DNA of 64,000 nucleotides from a virus: IMG/VR virus record IMGVR_UViG_3300050119_000049, positions 1 to 64,000 of that record; one strand, 5' to 3'. Shown piece by piece: positions 56,821 to 64,000 of this stretch (position 1 is its first letter; each line of letters starts with the position of its first letter). The notes under the pieces were generated by a model. It saw only the letters and a program-made list of their open reading frames with translations, ran no database searches and was not told where the DNA came from. The position numbers and the translations under genes were made by a program.

Positions 56821-58212
56821 CTACGCCGCTTCTTGCTCGTATTCTTGGATGTAATCGATGATCGCTTCGCTCCAGCCGTCGATCGACACCCAAGGACCGT
56901 ATGCGATGCCGTTCTTTGCACCGGCGACATTGATCACGTAGCCAGCGCCTTGCGGATGTGGCGGACGATCGGCGCTCTGCTCATCGGTCACGACGATGAT
57001 TCGCGTGCACTCAGGAAATACTGAGTAGACGTGCTTCACCGCCGCTCCCAGCAACGTGTGATGAGGCTGACGAACAGCATTCAATGCGGCATTAATTGCG
57101 AAGCCTCGACGCGGTGCAATTTCATCGCAGACCGTCGAGAACGTGAATACTCGACATCGAGAGCTGATTTCGCGCAGCATCATTGCCAAAGCCGCAGCCG
57201 CATCGAATCGAGTGATTTCACTCTTAGCTGACACTGGACTGTTCATTGACATCGAGTGATCGACCAACAGTGCCGTACGACCTTCGAGTCTCGGCTGTTC
57301 ACCGAGACAGCGAAACATCGCACTTTCGAGAAACGGCTCGAATTGCGGGCCATACTTCGCAGCCGACAGAAATCGAAACGGCAAGATGCGATCGGTCTTC
57401 ATCGTCTCGATGCCGCGCTTGATCAAGTCAGTCGATACGCCAGCTTGAGTCATGTTGCGTAAATTGCGCAAGAGAGCCATGCCGCCCAACTTGTTTTCAG
57501 TCAACAGTCGAGTGAACGTTTCTTTCTTATCAGCGCCCGCCGACAATTGAGTTTCCCAAGTGTCTGGGATCACCATCGTTTGATTCGCGATACGATCAAA
57601 CAGCGACGGCGCATGACGCAATACTTGACCCCGCTTGTAACCTGGTTTATCGATAGCATCGATCTTCCAAGCTGGCGGGGCTTCACCGTTCGTGTTGAAT
57701 TTCGGTCGAGCATGAACCAGGAACAGCACGTCACGTACTGATATGCCCTCACCGTCGTGCTTCGCCAAGCTGTACTCGTTGAATTTCTTGATGGCTCGCG
57801 CCAACCCAATCTTCAACTGAGTCGCGAGGGGTGCGTTCGGCTGATCCTTCCAGTACAGGGACAGCAGCTCGCCCAACTCATCCGGCCGCTGAATGATCCG
57901 ATGAATCAAATCACCCATCTTGCGCCCTTGAGGACGACGCAGCAGCTCACGCACGATGAACAACGGCACATGTCGCAGCTTGAACTTTTCGCGTGCGTCG
58001 ATCGCACATTGAGCGGCGTCTTCGAACGATACTTGAGCGACTAGCGAGGCAATACGCTTTGAGCTGTCTTCGCCGCTTTCGTAAAATTGCTTTTCGAACA
58101 ACATGCACGACATCACGGCACGACGTAATTCTTTCGTTGCACTGACGCTCGGCGATGGCGCACCTTCGTGAGTACGAAGTTTGCTTTGAGTCTTCACATT
58201 CGTCTTCATCAT
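56821..58212 (-). CDS. Ro60/TROVE-domain protein with C-terminal vWA (Rsr-like Ro sixty-related protein)
   Basis: The C-terminal vWA parallels human Ro60: [10 protein letters not shown] (MIDAS DxSxS) ~ [33 protein letters not shown] ~ [31 protein letters not shown] ~ FIVFTDNET. Helical N-terminal about 330 aa. Strong SD AAGGAGGAT before MMK. Confidence 0.6.
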   Translation of the reverse strand: [463 protein letters not shown]

Positions 58213-58261
58213 ATCCTCCTTTATAAAACGGAGGCTTGACGGGGGAATAATCGATGACGGT

Positions 58262-58830
58262 GACAACGCTGCTCTACCAGGCTGAGCTACGTCTCGATTT
58301 TGGCTGAGACGGTTGGATTTGAACCAACGACCAACGCCTTAAAAGGGAAGTAACCGTTATCTACACCACCCACAAAATCAAGCCGGAACAATCGATGACA
58401 GAATAGCAGATTCGAACTGCCAGCTCGACTATTGCTAGTCAAGTTTCATCCGGCGAAGTAGCTGTCACCTTTCACCAAGCACATCAACCACACACACAAA
58501 ATCTAGTCGGAACCATCAACAGCGGCGTATGCCTTTCGGCGGTTCGCGGGATCGGAATCGAACCGACGTCTGTCAACGAATTGACATGTTCTACCATTGA
58601 ACTACACCTGAAGTATCCGCTATTTGCACCAGACACAGAAACTTTCCTGGAACAATCGACGACGGTATAGTTTCATCTAAAGAAGTAACCGACGCCATAC
58701 ACCAAGGACAAAATCGAGCCGGAACAATTGACAAGAGTTTTGGCTTTCGCCATTCATGATAGCTGAAGTAACTCTCATCTATTACCAGGCACATGTATAT
58801 TAAACATCGAACTCGAACAGAAGTCGATAT
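58262..58830 (-). ncRNA. Array of about 5 degenerate tRNA-like (Y-RNA-like / YrlA-like) repeat units directly upstream of the Rsr-like gene
   Basis: No ORF. Minus-strand T-arm-like GTTGG-TTCAAAT-CCAAC (58311-58332), GGCAG-TTCGAAT-CTGCT (58408-58425), TCGG-TTCGATT-CCGA (58548-58566). D-arm-like TAGCTCAGCCTGGTAGAGC and TAGTTCAATGGTAGAAC. Anticodon arm replaced by tetraloop hairpins (TTGACTA-GCAA-TAGTCGA, TGTCAA-TTCG-TTGACA). Shared motifs GTTACTTC and CGATTGTTCCGGCTTGATTTTGTG recur every 70-150 nt. Confidence 0.45.
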
Positions 58831-58831
58831 T

Positions 58832-59896
58832 TTATTTAGCCGCCACTTTGCTATTCGGCCAGCCGCGCACATCCTTGCGTGTCGGCCCGTAGCTGTACAA
58901 ATCGGCTGTCCGATCTGGTGCGAACTGATCACAATGCGTTAGTACGAACTTGTAGTCATCATCGCCATGATCGGCGGTGCATCGGGAACGCACGTCACTA
59001 TCAAGCGCAGCGAAGCGCAGCCGACCCTGATATGGGTGTACGCGATTCGTGTCATCTTCATAGTCCATCGTGTCGTCTTCGTCCGGCAATGGTCCTGCGC
59101 CGTGACGAGTCAAATACGTGCGAGACACATAATACGTTTCGATCTCTGTGATTCCAGCTTGAGCGCACAGCAGCCGAACGTTCTTCATTCCAGTGTTCGA
59201 GTGCGTCACATGTGGCCAAAATTCTTTACGATCCTGATCAAGTAATAGTCCTTGAGCGCCCTCAAACACCGGATCAGTGCATTGACCAATGCCAGCCGGA
59301 CTGACGGCTTCGGCCATGATCCAGCACGCTTTCAGAAAATTCTGAGCCATGACGGGCTCATCGATTTTTGAGCCTGACCGAAACGACGCATACTTATCAC
59401 AAATTTGGGATAACTTCGATTCGATCGAATTCGACCGATTCCACAAATCACTCATCGTGATTTTCAACTCGCTGACGGCTGAGCGCTGAATCGTTTCGTG
59501 AACGCCTACGCCGCAAGAGCCGTGCCGCTTATCGCCGCGCTTATTTTCTTTGCGCTGATTGATCATCATGTCCGCGAACGTCGTGACTAAGCAATCCGGA
59601 TGAGCGAAGATCGACGGTTCGATCCTCATTTTGTTCAATGTCACCAGCTCACGTATCAACAAAATCGGATTGCAGATGAAAAATTGGGACAGAAATGTCG
59701 GCACATTCAAAAAAGTACCAGAGCCGACATGACCGAACACATGTCGATGACCGTCAGGTTCGACGACCGTGTGCCCTGCCTGCGCGCCGCCATTGAAGCG
59801 CACGACCACACCAGCGCCTTGCGCGCATAAGTAGTCTGTGATTAGACCTTTGCCTTCGTCTCCGAAGTTCGCTCCAATGACGGCGCGTGCTTTCAT
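58832..59896 (-). CDS. Adenylosuccinate-synthetase-family enzyme, short (354 aa) archaeal/PurZ-like form
   Basis: GANFGDEGKGLITDYL (PurA P-loop GDEGKGK), NGGAQAGHTV, GSCGVGV (GTTGRGIGP-like), FEGAQGLLLD and TRHGAGPLP match PurA motifs. About 80 aa shorter than bacterial PurA, as in viral PurZ. Confidence 0.8.
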   Translation of the reverse strand: MKARAVIGANFGDEGKGLITDYLCAQGAGVVVRFNGGAQAGHTVVEPDGHRHVFGHVGSGTFLNVPTFLSQFFICNPILLIRELVTLNKMRIEPSIFAHPDCLVTTFADMMINQRKENKRGDKRHGSCGVGVHETIQRSAVSELKITMSDLWNRSNSIESKLSQICDKYASFRSGSKIDEPVMAQNFLKACWIMAEAVSPAGIGQCTDPVFEGAQGLLLDQDRKEFWPHVTHSNTGMKNVRLLCAQAGITEIETYYVSRTYLTRHGAGPLPDEDDTMDYEDDTNRVHPYQGRLRFAALDSDVRSRCTADHGDDDYKFVLTHCDQFAPDRTADLYSYGPTRKDVRGWPNSKVAAK

Positions 59897-60303
59897 CGTG
59901 ATACCCTTTCTCTTCGATTTTCTTCGTCATACTCGAGCTGACGCTCAGTATTACCTTTGATTGCTTTGGCAATACGAGCCTCGACATCTGGCACTTTGCA
60001 ATCTCGAAGTAATTGACTCATCTCTTCCACACTGTGATCGTACCAGTTGATCGATACATAGCGCTTACCATCATGCAAACGCACATGAAACTTACAAGAG
60101 CGGCCACGGACGTAATCGAGATCGATACAACCGCCGCGAAATTTGTCAGCTTGTTCTATGATCGCATTCAGCGTGGCTTGATCAAGCTCGCCTTCAGTGA
60201 AATGCAAAAAGCCCATTCCTTGAGGACGACTCATAGCATATGCCGCTTTCGCCAGTTCACGCTGATCAACTTCTGTCACTTCAACAAGTCCACGTAAATC
60301 CAT
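59893..60303 (-). CDS. Hypothetical protein
   Basis: ORF overlap-coupled to the PurZ-like gene. Confidence 0.4.
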   Translation of the reverse strand: MDLRGLVEVTEVDQRELAKAAYAMSRPQGMGFLHFTEGELDQATLNAIIEQADKFRGGCIDLDYVRGRSCKFHVRLHDGKRYVSINWYDHSVEEMSQLLRDCKVPDVEARIAKAIKGNTERQLEYDEENRRERVSR

Positions 60304-60319
60304 CGTCTTCTCCTTAAAG

Positions 60320-60391
60320 TTCCGGTAGCAGGATTCGAACCTACGATGCGGAGACCAAAGCCCCGTGCCTTACCAGCTTGGCTATACCGGA
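60320..60391 (-). tRNA. tRNA-Gln: tRNA-Gln (anticodon UUG)
   Basis: The minus-strand read TCCGGTA-TA-GCCAAGCTGGTAAGGC-A-CGGGG-CTTTGGT-CTCCG-CATC-GTAGG-TTCGAAT-CCTGC-TACCGGA-A folds as a cloverleaf with a perfect 7-bp acceptor stem. It closely resembles E. coli tRNA-Gln. CCA is not encoded. Confidence 0.85.
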
Positions 60392-60400
60392 ATTGTTCTG

Positions 60401-61306
60401 TTATGGCGCTCCCAGCATCTTCGGCGCGTGACCCTTCGGCAAGTGTTTGACGGCTTCAAGCACGACGCCAGCACCGGCACCCCAGCCAGCCGTTGACGTG
60501 TGAGCGTCAGTGCCTTCGGCTATCTCGATCGTCGATACGATCGTTTCGGCCAGCTTCGTGTAATCATCTAGCACGATCACATGTTGCTTGAGCAGGGGTT
60601 TCCACGTATTGAGGACACCGTCCATATTGTGACCGGCATAACCTTGTTTAATGACGATGTGGTACACGTCGTACTTGCGCTGTGCGGCCTCCAAACATTC
60701 GGCTGTCGTGAAATCACGTTCGGCACCATCATCGAGGAATCGAACAATCTGATCTTTTCGAAGTCCTGGACCGATCGGCTCATCCCCCACTGTGAACAGA
60801 TATCCCCGCTTGCCGCGCTTGATGAGCGAGTCATGTTCAGTGTGAAAGGCCGCGAAGTACCACGGCAATTCATAGCTCTCCCAACCATTGCCGCCGCCAC
60901 CACCTTCGATATACGTTTCCGTCAACTGTTCGACGATGCGATTGTCCGCCTCAAATTGGCTTACTTGCAATGGCGACTGATCGTAGCTTACGTCTCCGAT
61001 CGCGCCGAACATCAGATGAGGATTCGTCACTGGCTTGCGATCAAGAATCGATTCGAACAGCACGCCAAGCCCACTGCGAGCAATCAACGCCGCTAGAGAA
61101 CCCATGCTGCCCGTCACATCAGTGAAGATTGCAATCGGCGTCGCTTTCGGATTGTCGTCGCTGTCTCGTGACTCTCGAATCTTGACGCCCTTCGGATTCA
61201 ATGCGGCCTTTATATGCTTCGATGTAAGAACCTCGGCATCGGTCTTGCCAACCGTCGTACTCGCGTACGAACGATACTTTCCCGGATCAAATGTACCACC
61301 ACCCAT
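60401..61306 (-). CDS. von Willebrand factor A (vWA) domain protein
   Basis: MIDAS motif FTDVTGSMG (DxTGSM), Gly-rich EGGGGGNGW and TVGDEP. Confidence 0.6.
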   Translation of the reverse strand: MGGGTFDPGKYRSYASTTVGKTDAEVLTSKHIKAALNPKGVKIRESRDSDDNPKATPIAIFTDVTGSMGSLAALIARSGLGVLFESILDRKPVTNPHLMFGAIGDVSYDQSPLQVSQFEADNRIVEQLTETYIEGGGGGNGWESYELPWYFAAFHTEHDSLIKRGKRGYLFTVGDEPIGPGLRKDQIVRFLDDGAERDFTTAECLEAAQRKYDVYHIVIKQGYAGHNMDGVLNTWKPLLKQHVIVLDDYTKLAETIVSTIEIAEGTDAHTSTAGWGAGAGVVLEAVKHLPKGHAPKMLGAP

Positions 61307-61426
61307 ATTAAACTCCTTACCAGTGTTTACGAATAAAATGAATCAAAATCCACAGGGCTAAGCTCGGCAATCCAATAATGATTGCCATACCTAACACACC
61401 CCAGATTCTTTCTCGTGATCGATGAC

Positions 61427-62083
61427 TTAGCATTTTATCTCCCAAAAATCCAAAGCTAAACGAGTGATCTTGTTGACTTCATCCGGCGTTGCGGCTCGAG
61501 GCTCGGCTGTCCCCCACGAGCTGCCGAGCGGCCAGAACACGCGAGCTTGATCTGTGTTTGTCGGCGTCTTATGCATGATCGTCACTGTGCCATTGATCGG
61601 CACGGTCTCATGAATTTCATTCGGCTTTTGAGAATAGCTGTCGCCGATTTTGTAAATTTCAGACGGCATTCGGTGAAGCGTGATTTCCTTAGGCTCATGC
61701 AAAATTTGAGTTCCGTATCCGGCTTTAATCGTTTGATACAGGTATCGTCGACCTTTCGTCAATGATGACGTTTCGACATATCGATAATTCGTGAGCTGAC
61801 CGCACAAAATCGTCGAATGCAATGCCCATTGTGCATGATCATGTATCGGGCTGGCACCGGAATAAGCGAAGCGACGATCCCATACGTGTAGCCGCGTGTT
61901 GCCCATATGCAGCCGTAGTAAACCGAGTCCCTGAAGCGACCACTCGAATCTATCAGCATTTTCGAGAATCGTTTTTGCCATCGATCGAGTCGACTCGAAA
62001 ATACTCATCAATTTCTCCAGAATAAAACGCACAGTACGGCAGCGATGCAAATGTACTTTACAATCGGCGCAATGCCCGCCCAA
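61427..62083 (-). CDS. Hypothetical protein with an HxH/HDH metal-binding-like motif (cupin or HD-like?)
   Basis: SGASPIHDHAQWALHSTIL. The true start is probably the internal MSIFESTR. The fold cannot be decided by eye. Confidence 0.3.
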   Translation of the reverse strand: MGGHCADCKVHLHRCRTVRFILEKLMSIFESTRSMAKTILENADRFEWSLQGLGLLRLHMGNTRLHVWDRRFAYSGASPIHDHAQWALHSTILCGQLTNYRYVETSSLTKGRRYLYQTIKAGYGTQILHEPKEITLHRMPSEIYKIGDSYSQKPNEIHETVPINGTVTIMHKTPTNTDQARVFWPLGSSWGTAEPRAATPDEVNKITRLALDFWEIKC

Positions 62084-62773
62084 TCAATGTGGCACATTCT
62101 CTAACTCCTTGATTCGATCGAGTGCCAGCGACAGCCGTCCTCGAAACGTTCGATTCTCACATAGCAGTGCATCGTATTCCTCAATGCTATATGTCGCGAC
62201 CTTCGGGCGTCGACCTCGCAACACAGCGAGCAATCCGACGAGCAAAGTAATCAGCTCGATCGAGCCGGACATATGTAGCTCAGGTGTGCTGAGTGGCGGA
62301 TCTACCCAACTACCCGGCGTCGTGTTGCTCGACGTGATCGTAAAACAGCCGTCCGGTTGCTGTATCGAACATGATGACGAAACCTGAGTGTAGGTGTAAG
62401 TATCGCCGCTCGATGTGATCGACGCCAGCTCTGAGGCGAACGAATCACTTCCGGGCCCTGACCAACCGTACAGGTTGACGTTCCAGCCAACGACTTGACC
62501 TTGATTCGTTGAGAATGAAAAGCTGGCACTGCCGTAAGGCTCAGCCGCTTCAAAGTTCGAACTGAGCATGTCCGCAAAGCTGTAAGACAGTGGCGTCACG
62601 ATTTGATTTAGCTCATTCGGATTTAACGCCGCCGCTAGAACGATGTCGCCACTGATTGCCGGAGTTACCGAGCCCGAGGGCATCACGGCTGTCGGATAAC
62701 CACTGTAGTCATACATCACTTGAGCGTGTGCCGCTGTCGCGAGCAACGCCGCCATCAACCATTGAAATTTCAT
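62084..62773 (-). CDS. Secreted/surface protein with signal peptide and C-terminal TM anchor
   Basis: Signal peptide MKFQWLMAALLATAAHAQ. C-terminal LITLLVGLLAVLRGRRPK (PEP-CTERM-like anchor). Confidence 0.45.
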   Translation of the reverse strand: MKFQWLMAALLATAAHAQVMYDYSGYPTAVMPSGSVTPAISGDIVLAAALNPNELNQIVTPLSYSFADMLSSNFEAAEPYGSASFSFSTNQGQVVGWNVNLYGWSGPGSDSFASELASITSSGDTYTYTQVSSSCSIQQPDGCFTITSSNTTPGSWVDPPLSTPELHMSGSIELITLLVGLLAVLRGRRPKVATYSIEEYDALLCENRTFRGRLSLALDRIKELENVPH

Positions 62774-63063
62774 AAATATCTCCTGACCAATCGATCGAAC
62801 ACGCCAGCAATGAAGTATCCGACGATGCTGGTTAAAATGAGACTAATGAAATACATCGGATAATATTACGTTAGTTGCGCTGAGGATAAAATGCTCTTAT
62901 TCCAGCCATTGATTGCGCTGGCGCTTATCTTCGCGCGGCCATGGTCCACTGTAGCGCGGCGCGATATAAGGCGTGTAGCGCCGATGACGGCACAGCCGTA
63001 TCAATACTGCCAGCACGATCAACAGCGTCACAACCGAGCCGCCTTGCCACGATGTTAGCCAGC

Positions 63064-63303
63064 TCATTCTAATTCTCGCTTCGTTTGCTCAATCCAAGCA
63101 TTCAGCTCGGCGCGAGCCAAAACCAATCGAGCTTCGTGCACTTCAACTTCGCTAGGATCGCCGCCACCTTTCCAAGAGTCGGCTTGCTGTGCGTCGGCGT
63201 ATGACTGAATCAATCGCACCAGCACTTGCCATTTATCCTTTTTGACGGGCTTCGAAGGTTTTGGTTTGCTTTTATTCATACGATGCTCCCAATTACCCAA
63301 CAC
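63064..63303 (-). CDS. Hypothetical small protein
   Basis: ORF with a basic N-terminus. Confidence 0.3.
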   Translation of the reverse strand: MLGNWEHRMNKSKPKPSKPVKKDKWQVLVRLIQSYADAQQADSWKGGGDPSEVEVHEARLVLARAELNAWIEQTKRELE

Positions 63304-63352
63304 ATGAAGAAGATGAATACGATGAACGTAATTCCAGTTTGTTCGCGACGAC

Positions 63353-63586
63353 TCATAGCCCCGCCTTCGCGAGTGCTGAACGCAGTTGTTCCATCACCGC
63401 TCGATCGATGATGTACTCGGCACACTTGCCGCCAGCTACTAACGCTCGAGGTCGAGCTTGATTGCTGACGGCTTGTAATGCCGCCACCATATCCGGCGCG
63501 GCGTCGTGTAGCTTAGCCTGAGCCATGCGCCGACGTTCGTATCCCTCGGGATCGAGCAAAAGCGCGCCTAACGAGAAATCATTCAT
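63353..63586 (-). CDS. Hypothetical small protein
   Basis: ORF. Confidence 0.3.
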   Translation of the reverse strand: MNDFSLGALLLDPEGYERRRMAQAKLHDAAPDMVAALQAVSNQARPRALVAGGKCAEYIIDRAVMEQLRSALAKAGL

Positions 63587-63936
63587 GTGAGCTGCTCCTG
63601 AATTTTGCCGCCGACTTGGCGATTTAAGTTGATCGATTGGCCGTACTTGCGGCCAGCGTGTGCACCATCATGATTGCCGCTACGCTTGCCACCGTGACCC
63701 TTGCGAGTTTTCGGAAATTTCTGATCACGAATGACCACATTCTTCGATTGTTCGTTAGCGTACACACTAGCCAACACCATCGACATGCCGGGTTCGGCTT
63801 TGACTTTGTTGGCTTCTTTGATCATCTCCTCAACGCGATAGTAAATGACGTTCGCCGCGCCGACTGAGAACGATCGCAGCCAGGCGTTTGCGCCTTCGCC
63901 GTTGATCGGATTTTGTCGTCGGCCTTCACGACGCAC
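63583..63936 (-). CDS. Hypothetical protein
   Basis: ORF. The N-terminus is uncertain. Confidence 0.3.
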   Translation of the reverse strand: MRREGRRQNPINGEGANAWLRSFSVGAANVIYYRVEEMIKEANKVKAEPGMSMVLASVYANEQSKNVVIRDQKFPKTRKGHGGKRSGNHDGAHAGRKYGQSINLNRQVGGKIQEQLT

Positions 63937-64000
63937 GCCTTCAACGACCCACTGAGCTATCGCCGCCGCGACGCTGGCATTAGATTGCTTGCCGAAAAAG

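Noticed and set aside
58296-58376. Possible circularly permuted tRNA (3' half CGTCTCA-G-CCA followed 4 nt later by 5' half CGAGACG-TA-D-arm)
   Set aside because: An intact anticodon arm could not be folded, and the same arrangement is explained by adjacent diverged repeat units of the tRNA-like array. It was kept as part of the array rather than called a permuted tRNA.
58385-58620. Canonical tRNA genes at the T-arm-like sites
   Set aside because: Manual folding failed. Acceptor stems do not pair and the anticodon position is occupied by 4-nt tetraloop hairpins, not a 7-nt anticodon loop. They were called tRNA-like/Y-RNA-like, not tRNA, pending tRNAscan-SE.
58591-58932. 113-aa minus ORF overlapping the tRNA-like array and the end of the PurZ-like gene
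   Set aside because: It overlaps the structured RNA-like repeats and the 3' end of a well-supported gene. No motif. Probably not coding.

Overview
The window reads as a contiguous stretch of a tailed dsDNA phage or prophage with a contractile (myovirus-like) tail. Apart from one tRNA-Gln, the protein and RNA identities below are motif recognition by eye, not database hits.

Layout:
- 1-12.6 kb, minus strand: a translationally coupled replication and nucleotide-metabolism operon. It carries a PolA DNA polymerase with an N-terminal family-4 UDG-like domain, a dCMP deaminase, two divergent ThyA-fold paralogs, a P-loop dNMP (thymidylate-type) kinase, a MazG/all-alpha NTP-pyrophosphatase-like gene, an NDT-like gene, an SPFH/band-7 membrane protein and several Zn-ribbon mini-proteins.
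- 12.7-54.8 kb, plus strand: an HTH protein and a Prim-Pol primase/polymerase. These are followed by an AT-rich iteron region that may be an origin. Then come TerS and TerL, a 1171-aa portal fused to ParB-like, kinase-like and ADP-ribosyltransferase-like domains, and a MuF-like protein. Then two FN3 proteins and acidic-repeat proteins. Then a GC-rich island (about 27.2-35.4 kb) encoding a 1399-aa Ig-like plus beta-helix tailspike-like protein and three paralogs. Then protease/scaffold, decoration and major capsid proteins, then the sheath, tube, chaperone (with a -1 frame extension), tape measure, a Mu/P2-like baseplate (V, W, J, I) and a tail fiber. A lysis cassette (SLT endolysin plus membrane proteins) closes the block.
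- 55.2-64 kb, minus strand: ThyX and a Ro60/TROVE+vWA (Rsr-like) gene. Directly upstream of that gene is a roughly 560-nt array of tRNA-like (Y-RNA-like) repeat units. Beyond it lie a short (354 aa) adenylosuccinate-synthetase homolog (PurZ-like, a possible 2-aminoadenine pathway), a tRNA-Gln(UUG), a second vWA protein and small ORFs.

Main hunting results: (i) the polyvalent portal fusion, (ii) the Rsr-like/Y-RNA-like module, (iii) a PurZ-like gene together with ThyA-fold paralogs, which suggests non-canonical bases, (iv) a GC-rich mosaic receptor/structural island with acidic DPWDWTQDDDDY repeats and a shared C-terminal LESSEYF motif.
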